Part shown: one piece after another, positions 28,150 through 42,104 of the stretch
How positions within the stretch are numbered: the stretch's first letter is position 1
How the letters are laid out: each line of letters begins with the position of its first letter
Assembly: GCF_009834535.1 (NCBI RefSeq)
Contig: NC_045697.1
Location: forward strand, 94,366,001-94,430,000
Source of the DNA: Camelus ferus
Lineage: Eukaryota
Direction of reading: 5' to 3'
Length of the DNA stretch: 64,000 nt
Notes under the pieces: generated by a model
The model's database searches: none
Seen by the model: only the letters and a program-made list of their open reading frames with translations
Told to the model about the DNA's origin: nothing
Translations under genes and position numbers: made by a program

Positions 28150-28850
28150 TGAAACTGCCAATAATAATATCACCATAAATAAACACTTTTCATATCCCAG
28201 TGTATATTATTCTTGATTTTTTAAATTAGAAAACATTTTATAACCAGTTTTATTCAATTAAATTATTTTTTACCATATCATTAAATATTTTCTACAACAT
28301 AATTTTAAATAAATGCATAGTATCATCTGGTAAGGATATATCAACATTTATTTATTCACTATCCTCTGGTAGGTTACTACAACGAACATACAAATGTAGA
28401 TAGTTAGTTAAAAAATAAACAAATCTTTACACATCAATCTGTGATGATTTCCTACAGATAAATTTCTCGAGATTCCTTTACCAGGTTGACATATGAGAAT
28501 TTAAAATGTTTTGATAATTTGTTACAGTTTGCGTCCAAAAAGATTATACCACAGTAATGTTTGAAAACACTCATTTCACCATATGCTCTGTATAACTGTG
28601 TGTTATCAATTAATTTTACACCAATTTTGTAGGTAAAAATGGTATCTATTTGTTTTATTTTACATGTTAATGACTACACAAGATGTTAGATATTTTTTCA
28701 AATGTTTCTTAGAAATCTACTTATTTTATGAATTTATTTGATTTATTTACTGAAACTATTCATTACTCAACTTAAAAATGGAGGTGCATGTCTTTTTTCT
28801 TAATAATTTGTTGTAACTATTTACATATGGATAGCCTGTCTGGAATATAT
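28150..28850 (-). mobile_element. Old L1ME-type fragment
   Basis: Antisense L1 blocks gcatagtatcat, atttcctacagataaatttct and gtaggtaaaaatggtatct. Confidence 0.7.
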
Positions 28851-30185
28851 GGTGTGTGTGTGTGAGGCTTTATTTATTTATTTTGCTTGTTAAAAACCAA
28901 TTGAATATGAATTTCTGGGAATAGAAGGAAAGTTTTTAGGTACTAGGAAAGGATTGATTATTTAACCCTCTGTGAATGAGGAAAGCCACACCTGGAGATG
29001 TTTGATTTCATTAACTAAGGTAGCTCCTGAGTAGAGTCCAGAGAATATTCTGTCTATTTAGTATCTAAATCCCAGCCCAAATATACATAGATCTGCTTCT
29101 ATGACCTGATGGTAGTGAGTTACTTTGACCCTCCTGACAGAAGAAAGTGTGTATGTACTAAGGTGTTTTGCTATGCTTAATCAGAACATGAAAGTCCTTG
29201 TGGAAAAATTCTCAAAGTAGTTACTAGAAAGAGTGGAAGAAATATGAAAGAGGAAATGATTCTAATAAGCTATTAGAGGGTCTAAAACTGAGTTGACACG
29301 ACAGAAAATCATGAAATACAAAGCTGAAAAAGGGAGAAGGACAGATTTGGCAATCAGAAGCTACCGAGAACACGGGATTTTCTCTTCTTCCACAGAGAAT
29401 TTGGACATTTCGGAGAAGATGGAGCATCCCTGAACCTCAAGTAGCAACAAGAAACTGTGGAGAATCAAAAGTCAAAGAGGCTGGAAAGTTAGGACTTACC
29501 ACACACACTAAGGAAATAAGGCTAAAAAATAATTATAGTTGGGTAGATTGATAGCTGGGTAGATAATGTCTTAAAACCAGAAAGCAATGTTCTATGAGAG
29601 TTATATGAGTGTGTGAGTATCACCTCCAAGATGAGAAGCAGATATTCTGGAGTGAAGGTGCAGCAGAAGGCTGGTTGCCATGTCAATATATTATGTTGTG
29701 TGTTTGAATAGATTATCTGTTTAAATATAAGGACTGCTATTGATCTGTCTTACCTACTTGGCATGCCACAAATTGGGTAACTTCTATTAAATATAGTTTC
29801 CATTATGCAAATAGATTTTCTTGTTCATCATTTTCTCTCTAATAAATAGTACAGAGATCATTGTCCATTTTGGTTAGCTTTCTTGCAGTGCTTTTCCTAC
29901 ATTAAAAAAAAAATTCATTTTAGGCACTCTTCCATGCACTTATTCACTGACTTTTGGTATATGATGTATATTCACATCAGATTTAATAAAAGTTTAACTA
30001 ACAATGACCAAGTCCATGCTAGAGAGATGTACATACAATTTCTTGAAAAACAACAAAAATATATGCATTACATATGACTATAATAAAGTATTTCAGTTCT
30101 AGTATTTATTTTAATCTTTACAAATACAGGATATGCTTTATGTATACAGCTACAAAAGATGGATTTTCCTGGCTGTGCATTTTTT

Positions 30186-30312
30186 TTTTTTTGGAGGGAA
30201 GGTAATTAGGTTTATTTATTTGTTTATGTATTTCTTAATGGAGGTACTGGAGATTGAACCCAGGACCTTGTGCATGCTAAACAGGCACTCTACCACTGAG
30301 CTATACCCTCCC
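30186..30312 (-). mobile_element. tRNA-derived SINE, Vic-1-like (camelid), full length
   Basis: Minus strand gggagggtatagctcagtggtagagtgcctg...cctgggttcaatctccagtacctcc. TSD t(g/a)gctgtgcattttt at 30170 and 30316. Confidence 0.93.
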
Positions 30313-30554
30313 TGATAGCTGTGCATTTTTTAATCAAATTTGTTCATGTGAACTCTGGTTGTTCTGCTGTTTTGTCAGCCACACAATCTAGACTAGGAAG
30401 GTTGGGTTTTTTTGTACTGTATCTTTTTAAAAGAACTTGCAAAGAACTCCCACTTCCTTCACCTGCAATTGTACATAGGTTTCTAACATAATTACTACAT
30501 TTTCACCAAATCTATTTCCTTAGTTCTAGATAAGCTTTTAATTTTTCTGCAAAA

Positions 30555-30805
30555 ATAGTATTGTGCAATGGTAAAGAGCGTAGGCTCTGGGGCTGGAGAC
30601 CTCATTTTAAACCTGGGCTTCTGCTTTTGCTAGCTAGATGACCTTGAGAAGTTTAAGTTCTCTGCATCTTAACTGATCTGACTAAAGAAGGCTGTAATAG
30701 GAGCCAGCTCACAAGTGGCTTTGAGAGTAAAATGGGTTATTCAATGTGAAACACAAGAGAACCTGGCATATATTAAATTCTATGTAGGTCCTAACTACTT
30801 TTTTA
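30555..30805 (+). mobile_element. MIR
   Basis: gtgcaatggtaaagagcgtaggctctgg and tgaccttgagaagtt blocks. Confidence 0.8.
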
Positions 30806-31634
30806 TTACAACCATTAGGACGGATATTATCGTTACCACCATACATACCAGTGTAATTCTTGATCTTTCTTCAAATAATATTCTGCAAAACATCAGCTGC
30901 ACCATATCCTTTAAAATACCTTTCCCTGTGCTACTTAATGATCTGTCACGTGTGTCATTTCCTGGATTAACAGAAAGCAATGGTAGGGATACACAGTCAA
31001 CTCTAAATGTCTGCTTGCACGGTTACAACTTACAAGTTACTCAGTTTTGAGCAGAAGCCACTGATACTGTAATGATCCCTGTACTGCTACTGTTCTGATA
31101 TAGATTCTTATATATCCTAGATTGAATTTATAACTATTAAAATGGTAGTTCTTCTGTTTGCTCTTGTTTTTTAAAGAATAATTAATTGTTTACTTATGAA
31201 CTTTTGGACAAACCTCACAAGAAGGAGAACAAATAAAGCACATACATGGAATCCAAAATGTCTCAAACCGTCTGCCCCTTCCCAATCGCCCTTGCCCACA
31301 GGTTCTGGAAGTAAATGTATGCATGAAATACTAACTTAACAGATGAACACTTAACTGCTGCCTGGGGTTCCCATGTCAAACCCTGATGTCAAATGCCTGA
31401 GTTTGGGTAGAGCACAATACAAGCTTCTATTGTCTAAATTGGGCAGAACTGAACTGTTTAGAATCAAATCAATTGAAAGATCTTTTTTTCCTCCCTACCT
31501 CTACTCCAAGCTCAAACAGAATTTCAGCTTTTAACTAGTGGAAGCAAGAGGAAGCCAAGGAAACCATAGTAACCCACAAAAAGATGAGAGAATAGAAGCC
31601 AGAAAGACAGAACAAGAGAGAACTTGCTTAATGA

Positions 31635-31910
31635 CGGTAGCACAGCGGGCTGGAGCAGACGGGGGTGCGGCAGGCCTGAGTTTAAGACGATAGGCTGTGC
31701 AGTTAGACCCCTTAGGTTCAAACAGAGATATATGACTTTGTGCAAGTTACATAACCATTTTCAGGCTTGGTTTCCTCACTTACAAAGTAGGGGTAATTCA
31801 GAAAGCTACCTCGTAGGGTTTATGTGAGGACATTTTAAGATAATACAAGGAATGTCCCTACAGAGCTTCCTACCACCTCACCATTGCTTAGTCACTATTA
31901 ACCATTATTA
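31635..31910 (+). mobile_element. MIR
   Basis: tgactttgtgcaagttacataacc..gtttcctcacttacaaag..ctacctcgtagggtt core. Confidence 0.8.
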
Positions 31911-32084
31911 ATTTCACCTCCAGATCTTTCTCATGTTCTGTGGAAAGAAGAGTAACAAAGAAACAGACGTATGAGTTGTGTTCTCCTTGGAGAAGTTTCT
32001 TGTCCATTTTAACGGTTGTGGACTCATGAAAGGAGGACACAAAAGAAGGCCGTGAAGGTGGAGAGGGGTGCCGGTGAGCTGGAG

Positions 32085-32800
32085 CATTCATTTCTTCATC
32101 AGGTATTTAGTGTCTATACTGTTTAGATGTTGAAATTCAGTCAGGAAAACAGACAAAAATCCCTCCTGAAGCTTAAATTACAGTGTAATGAGATAAAAAA
32201 TCAAATAAGTAAAATATACTGTGTGCCAGGTGACTTAGTGCTAAGTGAAAAAGCAAAGAGAAAGAAAGATAGGTCAAGCAATATATGCATATTCAACAGA
32301 GTAGCTGGGAGAGTTGTCCCTGAGCTACGGCCAGTGAAGAAGTTAGAAAGGGAAGAGAGGCATGGGTGCGGCCACATCACAGGAGGTCTAGTGGACTGCC
32401 AGAAGGATTTTGGCTTTACCCTTAATCTGACGGGGAGAATTAGACAGAGGATGGACATGCTTTGATTCAAGTTTTAAGGGCTCATCCTAGCTGCTGTGGA
32501 GAGAACAGTGGGATTTTTGGTGGTAAAGGGTTTAAAAGGGAGACTTAGTGGGAGAGCACTGCAGCAAACTAAGGGAGAGACAATGTTGGTTCAAACTGGA
32601 GTGGCAACACTGAGAAAAGAAAATCATGAGTAACTGAGATGCTGATGGATATACACCTTAGAGATATATAGCAGGTAGGTTTCTAAGAGATTAAAGAGAA
32701 GTTAGAAAGCATATCTTTAAGGATGGGCTTGCCATTTACTGAGCTGGGGCAACCCGAGGGCAGAGCAAACTGGGAATACGGGAGGGCCATGTGGGATGGG
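32085..32800 (-). mobile_element. L2 fragment
   Basis: cattcattt start, aaggattttggctttacc, ctagctgctgtggagag and ttgccatttactgag blocks. Confidence 0.8.
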
Positions 32801-33069
32801 TAACGCCTGGAAGGATGAGGACCAGAAACAGAGACGTCAGGATCCTTAACCAGGAGGAGGCTTGCTTTGTTTACTTCCTCTTCCCCAGTCGTGTACACTT
32901 CAGAACCGATGGCCAGGTTTTGATTTTGAACCACAGAATTGCAATTTTAGCTTCAAAGCTCTGATGCAGCTTTATAAAAAGAAAATAGAACTTCATAAAT
33001 GGAAAGTCTCAAGAGAGCAATCACGCCTCCAGCTCTATTGTCTCATCACTTAATTGATCTTTAATGTAT

Positions 33070-33220
33070 CTAGTCATTCATTTATCTGGTCATTAGTTCA
33101 AGACATAATTTTGGAGTGCTTTCTTTGTTCTATGGGATGCGAAAAGGATTTATTTACATGTGGTGAAAAACAAAACATCTATGGCCCCTACCCTTATTAG
33201 AGTCTACCCAGCTCAGCTGA
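33070..33220 (-). mobile_element. L2 3' end fragment followed by (TG)n-like repeat
   Basis: tcattcattt...ggcccctacccttattagag. Confidence 0.5.
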
Positions 33221-36200
33221 GATATGTATGTGCATGCGTGTGTGTGTGAGTGTGGGTGTGTGTGGGTGTGTGAGTGTGTTAATCATTAAATGATTCTAGG
33301 GCAAGGAATTTTGCCATCTTACTGTGTTAAGATGCATCAATATGTCAGTGAGTTAAATGTTCAGAAGCAGCCATTATTACAAGTGATTAGCTATGTGGAT
33401 GTGTACAATAGGCAATCTTAAGAATAGATTTCACAGAAAGTGAGGAATATAATGTACAAGCGTGCATTACAGCATTCATCATTAATCTCAAGATTTATGA
33501 ACACACTTCAAAGGTCTAACCACCAAATAGTAGCTTAGGACCACTTAAAGATGAGCTAACATAAAGGATATTCACAAGATGGCAATAATTTTTAAAAAAT
33601 GTTTTGTTGGAATTTAAAGACAAAAACCCTCAATTCAGGAAGCAGTGTTATTTCTGTTTTGTTTTTTCTAACAGTTATATGCTCAATGTGGTTAGAAACA
33701 TATTTACTAATAAAATGGTTTTTAAATTAATAGCATACATAGCTGAAACAGCATTCATAACAGAACAATCTAGAAATAAAAAGAATGATCTTATTGTATT
33801 AATATATGTGCTACCACACATAATACTTTTTTGCATATTTGTCTTCTAGACATCCTAATGAGAATCTCTATTTTTAAATAATATTAATAGTATACAAAAT
33901 AATCTATATTTATACAGAGACACAGATTATATATGTGTATGTACCATATAAATTATTTAAAAAAAAACACTAGTAAGTTTTTTTTAACTTAAACTTGATT
34001 TTACACTAATAATTTATACAAGTTCACTGATTATTGATATGTTAGGGTGTATGTTTTCTATTTTGTCAGAATTTCTTCTTTAAATCATGTGGAAAAGTTA
34101 AAAACTCTTCACATCAAAATTTTTAATAGACTGTGTTAAACTAATCATACATCTCTCTCATTTCTACCACAAAGAAATGTCATATCTGAATTTTCATAAA
34201 TCACTGCCATGGTTAAACATATGCCATTGACCGTAAGAATAAATTTATAGGTTTAGTTTGTGGAACGAAATTTCTTGGCTGCCCTACTCAAGAACCCCCC
34301 CTTACCCTAGCATATTTAGTAAAGCACATTATGTGGTAAGCCCTGGGGACTGACGAGAGTTCTAAATCACCCAGCAGCATTGAGAGCTAAAGATCGGATA
34401 CCATTTTAACCTCTTATACTGGTACAGGAGCATCTAAAATTAAGCTGATGAATTTGACCCAACTGTTGAATTGGAAGGTAGATCTAAGTGATCGTAGTGT
34501 ATTGATTTTGGTTGCAGTCACACACCAGCATCTAGTTTCTAGGAGCACCATGGCAGTAATGCCACCAACACGCATATTGGTGACACACACGGAGCGCTTC
34601 ATGGCGTGTCGGGTTTTCATTTGTCTGTGTGGTAGGTTTTTCCAAATATAACCAATATTTGCTTAATTCGAAGTATAAATCAAAAATTAAGCAAATTCTC
34701 TCCCACATACTGTCACTCCCTCACGTTAGGATGATCTAGCTTGTGATGGAATTATATGTGAGGCGTCCTTAATTGGGGTTTCCTTGTTACTCCTATCTGA
34801 TGTTTATGCTGCACACCCTGAAAGAGGTGTGTTCCTAATCTTCTGCTAAGCCTTTTGGGGTGCAGTTCTCAGTCAGATGTTCCCCCACTTGGTACTGAAC
34901 CTCAGACAATTGTCATGGGAGGGAAAGCATTTTTCTTTTACTAACTGGTTCACCAACTTTTCTTTCTAATTCTCTTCAGCTTTTTTTTTCCCACTTGTCA
35001 GAGAATCATTTACTGTCTCCCTGAGGGTCTCCATCATTCTTCGACTCCTACAATTTCTATGGCACCGTGAGTATTAAAAGCATGTTCCGCTTAATAAACT
35101 TCACATACTGCATTTTGATAAAGGAAGACTAGATTTTTCTCATCTGTATTCTTTCCCTTGTGAAAGCAGGTGTCCTTTGCCTCAATAAGTAATCACAACT
35201 CTTAAAACCAAGGAAATGGGCTGATGATCCAGAATAAAGTAGGACTATTTTCTGTTTTGAAACCTCATATTGTTTGCTTGTCTTCAAGTGAGCCCCTTAA
35301 GGTCCCACCAGCCGTTCTTGCTTGTGATATTGTCTTCACAAACCCCAAGCACATTTCCTTTTTCATACTTTTTCCTTCACTGCTGTCCTTTTTTTGCTGT
35401 GAAATTGAGCTAACCTCACATGCCGCCCTCGTGTAGGAGAAGAGCTCTCCCCAACTCCGGATGTCCTCTAGGAGTTCATCCAAGATAAAGAACACTATTG
35501 TCTAACTAATAATACACTTTTCCATTATTAAAAAGGGTTCTTTTGTGATAACTTTTTCTTTTTAATAGACCCAGATGTGTCAGAAACTGGATTTGAGTTT
35601 TAAATGTCTGACAGCTTAGCTTGAGCTAATAGAGAAATCCATGCTACCGTATGGAGTGACTGTATAATGTGGCGAATGGATTGCAGTATATATGGGTAGA
35701 CGGTGAGGAGGATACAGGGACTGTGAAGAGTCAGCAGCTCAGTCTCCATGTGAGCCTGTACAGGTAAACACAACAGAGCAACTCTTTTCTCAAGCATCTC
35801 AAAAGATGCGTACTGCCACTAAGGGATGGAGCCTAGGGTCCGTCAGGAGGTCCTGGGAGACACAACAACCAAGCATTAAACTGAACCCATTATGCCTTCT
35901 CAACACAGCAGCTTCACATCTACCAAGAGGGTGTATACAAAAGACTACAGTAATTTTCTGATCAAAACCATCTCCTGTGGAACCCATTACCCACGGAAAC
36001 AGAAGCTGCGGGGTGCATGGAGCTAGCATAGTGCGGAGAACCCCTCCTGCAGCTAAATGTCATTTGAAATCCGGTGAGGACAAAGTTCATTCCTCAGAAA
36101 TACATTACCAGCGGCCTCCATTAAAGTGCTAAAGAGAAAATAGCTGTTCATGTTGGTCCTAAACTCAGTATTATTTTTATTTGCTAAATTCCAAAGGTTA

Positions 36201-37854
36201 TATCTAAATGTTTCAAATACTTTTTATATCTCCATGAAATCTCCTTTTGGTTAGGTTTTCTTCTGGCTTTATATAGTGTGTTTATAGAAAAATTTGTTAT
36301 AAATTCATGTTTTATGAACAGCACAGATACAATTTATAATTTTAGCCCAATAACTGAGACTCCTACGGACAAACTAAAAAGTTCCAATCGTTTGATTACC
36401 ATATTAAGCCAAGATACAGAATGTTGAAATATCATTATAGGAGGCACCAAATTATACACAAATATTTTTTCTAGATATCCTTCATGGAAATGAAGCAAAA
36501 GTTTGCCTTCAGTAAGACTTCAGTACATTGAAAGCTAGGTGTTTTTGTATTTAGAAAAGTCTTCGTAGAATACACAGAATTTTAATAGCACAAAAATGGA
36601 ATGTAAGAATTCCTTTTTAAATTTATCAATTTAAATAATAAATTGTTACACACAGTTTTAAAAGGTAATTGACTTAAGTAATAATATATCTGCAAAAAGT
36701 GAACAAGAAAAATGTTTTTATTGTTTGTATTACACTTGTGACAAATGACATTGATAAGAGAACAACAAGAATGAGATGAAAATTGGAGGAATATTTATGG
36801 CAATTCTAAGTGCCTTGAAAAGTTGATCTGAATTGCTTGCATCAAAGAGAAAATAGACTCTCTAATGATCACTTCCCTGACAACTAACAGTAACATCACT
36901 TTTAGCTATGACTGCTAAAATTAGACACCTTCCTCTTGGAAATATGCATTCCCTGACAACAGAACAGGATGACAGCCTTCACCTCATGATAAGAGGGAGA
37001 GTAATAATTCATCTTTAAATGAGCCATTTCTGTGATAAAGGGAAAAAATGCTACTTGAGAAGGTTTTGATGGCAGAGTAACAAGAAAAATAGTGCCACAC
37101 TAATTACTTTAGAAATATTTAGTGAAATATTTGCTTTGATTTTAAATAGAGTGATACAATTTCAAGATATTCATTTATTAGGACAATTTGTCCCAGGGAA
37201 AGACTTTTCTGGGTGACAAAAGGGCCTTTAACAACTTGTATAAAATTATGCTTAGTTGAATAAAGTACACAATAGAAGGTACTTGTTAGAAGTGCAAACA
37301 AATGACTTTTAAACTGCTGCCTTCAGGCTGTTAGCTGTTGATAACTAAACTGGCACGCCAATGCCACCATCATTTCCTTGGCAGTGAAAAGCTAGACTCC
37401 GGGACCTTGTCAGGCCATCCATCACAGCTTGTCACCTGAAGACATAAATAAAAATTCAGCATTTCTTCAGATCTATTAGGAGGCTGGTATGTCTATTTAG
37501 AGTCCCCATGGCAAAATTATGGCTTAAATTCAGGCTTTTAAAACGTATACATTAGTACCAGTGCAGACATAGGGTCAACATTCATTTTGCACACTTAAAA
37601 CAAAATGTACCTAGAAAATTAGGTCCAAAGTGAGAGAAATAGGTACACAAATGTTAAGTTAAAAGCCTCTAATTTGATAAATCATGGTAATTTGACAGAT
37701 CAATGTGTTAATGGGAAGAAATTGCATCTATTATGGCTATATAGAATCGCCAAATGTCATGGGAAGAAGGGAGAAAATCCCTTTCCTGTTCTTTTGAAAT
37801 AGTTTGTTAAAACATACTCTAAGTAGAAGTATGAGTTAGAGGATTACTTAAGAA

Positions 37855-38062
37855 CAGGCGTCTACAAATTTTTTCTCTGCAGGGTGACATAGTAAATATT
37901 TTAGCCTTTGAAGGCCACATATGGTCCCTGTCACACATTCTGCTTTGGCTTTAGTTTACAACTCTTAAATACATAAAAACTATTCTTAGTTCATCAACGG
38001 CACCAAAATAGGAGAGTCCACTAGCCAGTTTTGAACTGTGGTTCATAATTTGCAGACCCCTC
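37855..38062. mobile_element. MER58-type hAT-Charlie MITE
   Basis: caggcgtctacaaattt ... aatttgcagacccct inverted ends and atagtaaatattttagcctttg core. 8-bp flanks cttaagaa / ttctagaa fit the NTCTAGAN target. Confidence 0.85.
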
Positions 38063-38542
38063 TTCTAGAAAATAAACAAATACTTATTTAATGAAAAGGG
38101 ACAGTTTTATAATTTAAAATACCTCCTTGTTTTTGCAGTGATTATTTTTTAAGTAATAAAGAATTCTAAAAATATGCCATCATTTGTGACATAAGGGAAA
38201 GAAATTACTAGGCATAACTCCTGGCATGTGAGTACCTTTTAAATCGAACCAGCTTTGCTGGCTACATGTATGCATTTTGAAAGAGAAACTTTAATGCAAG
38301 TTGGATGCAACTCCAGGTGTATACTGTTGTTTAAAAGGGGACACATAGTAGTCCTAAGACAAACAGCATTAAATTGAGCTCAGAGCCAAAAGCAGCTGTT
38401 TGAAATAGTCCTGACAGCACTTCAGACACATGGATCTTAGTGTGAGACTCCAAGTCATCTCTGTTAGCATGAGTCAGGTTTACAGACAACATAAAATCAA
38501 CAACAAAATAAACTTTGAATCTTTAATTCCTTTTGAATCTCT

Positions 38543-38560
38543 GTGTGTGTGTGTGTGTGT
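38543..38560. repeat. (TG)n microsatellite
   Basis: Directly visible. Confidence 0.9.
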
Positions 38561-39191
38561 CTGTATTTCTCATACTTGCCTGAAAGGTAAAAATGATCAG
38601 CTTTCTTAGATTTATCGGGATGTCACGGAGTGACAAGAAATCATTGTTAAGGAAAAAGATGAAGCTTTATGAATTCTACATGTATGGTTTTACAGGATAT
38701 ATGAGTTCTACCGGATAGAACAATTATTATGAGATGCAGTGCAATTATTAGTGTCTTTGACATTACTGAAATTATCTTTGCTGATTTGTATGCGGCTTAG
38801 ATTTTTTTTTTAATCAGCAGAAATTTTGTCAAATAAGGAAATTTACCACCTTCAAATAAAGCACACTTGTTAATCTGTTTCAAATGCCTAGATTTTTAGA
38901 CAAAGTGTTATTGTTAGTCTTTGCACCTTCAACAAAAATGAAGGTATTTCAACAATTCTGAAGCCATTTTTGAATATACTGAGTATGAATACTTTTTCTG
39001 CCACTATAAAATTAAAAAGTTAAAACCTTAAATATGATTGACATTTTTGAACCAAGTTGGTACCAATTTGCATAAGAATATTCATAAGAAGTTTTTTTCA
39101 TTAATGTCAAAATTCATTAATAAATATTTCCTGTGCTCCAGGCCCTGTGTAGGAATTAGGGAATCCAAAATGAATAAAACTTAAAGAATGC

Positions 39192-39459
39192 CACAGGGAA
39201 CTATATTCAACATCTTATAGTAACCTATAATGAAAAAGAATATGAAAACAAATATATTATGCATTATGTATGACTGAAGCATTATATTGTATACCAGAAA
39301 GTGATGCAACGTTGTAAACTGACTATACCTCAATAAAAAAAACTATATAAAATTAATCTTTCTAAAACAGTAAAAGCTATGTAGCACTAAAAATGCTGTA
39401 AATTAAAATATACATCTAAATAAATGCGTGGAAATAAAAATAATAGTAAAAAGTTTTTA
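39192..39459 (+). mobile_element. 5'-truncated young L1 3' end with an extra ~115-bp segment inside the TSD
   Basis: L1 3' UTR at 39192-39342. Exact 16-bp TSD aaaacttaaagaatgc at 39176-39191 and 39460-39475. Confidence 0.9.
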
Positions 39460-39549
39460 AAAACTTAAAGAATGCATTTTAGGGGAGACAACAGGCAAGA
39501 TGTGATTCCATGGGCATAGGTATACCCTGGGTGTTTTACATAAGTCCAT

Positions 39550-39690
39550 GATTTAACACTTAACCCTGAGAATCAGGTCACAAGCTGAGGCTCAGGAGAT
39601 TTAGGCAGTAATTTTACTACCTAAAATCAATAAATAACCAGTAAGTAGCAGTCAGGTTTTGAAGACAGTTTGCCCTAAATCTAAGTCTCA
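39550..39690 (-). mobile_element. MIR fragment
   Basis: aagctgaggctcaggaga...agtaagtagcagtcaggttttgaa. Confidence 0.6.
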
Positions 39691-42104
39691 TTTTATTTGC
39701 TTATTGCTTTGTTTGTTCTTCCAAGTACACTCCCCCGCCATTTTTTTTACCCCAAAAGCAAAAGAAAGCACCCAAAAGTCTTAAGGGAAACACAATTATA
39801 ACTGTCTAAGGTCTACTAAGATTATTCCAAGATTATGTTCTTGTGACTAAAGATTTTCTTCTCCCAAAGACTTTTAATTATTTGTAACTTTGGTCAGTGT
39901 ATCATCTCCATCCTCCTTCCATAACTCGCTCTCACTTAAGTCACAGTTCCTAATTTTTTATGATTTTCATTTGTGTATAGATTTCCACTGAAATTATTAC
40001 CCAGATTTTTTAGTTCATTTTCATCATTTTTTTCTTCATTGTATTCAACTCTCTGCTTCCTTTTGACTTTGTCTGTCACCTTCTGTTTTCAGCTACTTTT
40101 TCATGCTTCTTCCTATACAATGACAACTTTTTTCCCACTATAGGTTTTAAAAAGTGCCAATAAGTAAATGGCAGAGAGTGGGACTTGACTGAAAGGAAAT
40201 GTTCCTTTATACTGTATAGAAAGCTTCAGCATACACCCAGCAAAGGGGGAGCTCTATGGGGCTCTGGGGGCTCAGACATCTTTCTTTCTTTGGGTCTACG
40301 TCCTTCTATGAGATCTGCCCCTTCCACTGCCGGCCCAGAGGGAGGCGGGGGTGCTGGGGCCGGGAAAGACTTTCTGTCCGTCACCCGGCAGGCAGCTCTC
40401 TCCGCCTGACTGTGGGTTTCCAGATGAGCAGATCTACCTTATATTTTCATTATGGTTAAGAAGCCAGTGTGAATTTCTCCTGCTAAAACCAAGAGCATGT
40501 TCTTTACATAAACAGACAGTGGGTCTGGCAAACTCCATTCAGGATTTTTTTCCTTACTATTACATGCAACTAAAAGCCTACCTAAAAACTGCTAGTTAAA
40601 TGGCAAGCAAAGTGTAACTAGAGGGAATTTTAAAAGGAATAAACACTTTTTCTGTTAGTAACTTCAGTTAAATGTTTCCGATTATTTAACAGCAGAAAGC
40701 ACATAATACTGAACTTATGGGAACCAAAACTTTCTTATATTTGTTTGGACACAAAGAGTCTGAAGAATGCTTTAAACTCCTCATAACGGCCTGGTGGTTG
40801 TTTAGGAGTCCTGGGATGCTGTGATTTCAGCAGAGCACTTTGCGTTGAAATAATGTTTTAAGGACATTAAAGCAGTTTCACTTGTGTGACATTACACTTG
40901 AAAATTCTTTGTAGATAGGCTGGATGTACAAATGGGTTAACCATTTGAGTCGTGACTTGTCTACTGCCACAGTGCTAGGAAGTGTTATCCAGTTAGGGCC
41001 ACGTCACACGAATTCTGATTCTTACTGCAAATTTTATTACAACATAACCTTTGAATAGGCACAGGGTATAGTGGTATTGGGTTAATCATAATTGGGTTTT
41101 TCTCTGGATGTCATGGAGTTGAGATGCTCTTGGAGACTGATTACATCCCCACGATGGCTGCAGCCCAAATCCCTGCAAGGGCAGAGGTGGTGGCACCCTA
41201 GTGTGATGAGGCAGAAAAAACACCCCAAACTCAAACGTCATCTTAGAGTCACTTAATTTTACTATTTATACTGTTGGTAATGGTATTTTGATGAAAAATA
41301 GTCAATAGAATGTATCTCCCTTCCTTATAGAAGTGCTACCATGTTACAAAGGTTTTTTCACCCAGAGATCTATCAATATTTGCTGCTCCAAAGGTACTTG
41401 AAATTTCTTGACGTTAGACATAATCTTCCTTTTTGCTCTCTTGCAGATTCCATTCTTGTCATACCCAAATGTGCTTTAATGTAGCAGAATGTCCCTGTAA
41501 CATGTCACGAATTTTCTAGTTTTAAATTTAAGCAGGTTTTTATTCTTGATTTCAGGAATTATGTTTAACATGTCACAAAGAAGAAGTACAGAGACACACT
41601 GAGGGTGGATGATTGCTGAGTTAGGAAGGGGATCTTCAGTGCAGCACAATCTCAGCTCACTGCACGCCCTCTCTGGGCCCATCTCCACCATGAGATGTTA
41701 TTCTCAAAGGCTTTACTCTCTCTCTTCCTCCCTAGGAGGATTACTTAGAGGATTCAATTTCAGTAAGTTCAGTAATTATCTCAGTACTTTTAAGAGACTT
41801 CATGGGAGTTATTCCCAGGAAAAGTTCATGCTTTTCAACAGGATTTAAGGAGGACAAGCCACTTTCTTAGAGGGACTGTAAATGCTATAATTTTATTTAT
41901 TTCCCCTTCAGATTGCCTAACACATTGAGACCCTACTTGAGGCAGGTCTAGATTATTTTTGTTAAATCTTTTGATACACATCATGTAAAGTATACTAAAC
42001 TCCCCTCAGATTCCAGTTAATGAGCCAAGCTACTTCTGGTTACCAAACATTACTTCTAGCTTCTTGCATGCAATAAGCCAGAATCATTCAATAATTAACT
42101 TATT

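Noticed and set aside
28900..29700. Purine-rich block that might be an ancient LTR
   Set aside because: I could not define termini, a TSD or a family.
30240..30312. tRNA-like sequence with A and B boxes
   Set aside because: It is the head of a SINE with tail and TSD, not a tRNA gene. The same applies to 16660-16737.
32127..32470. 112-aa and 89-aa opposing ORFs
   Set aside because: Within a decayed L2, with no recognisable protein.
34541..34563. REST/NRSE-like agcaccatggcag
   Set aside because: It lacks the TTC/TC start and the GGACAG half-site.
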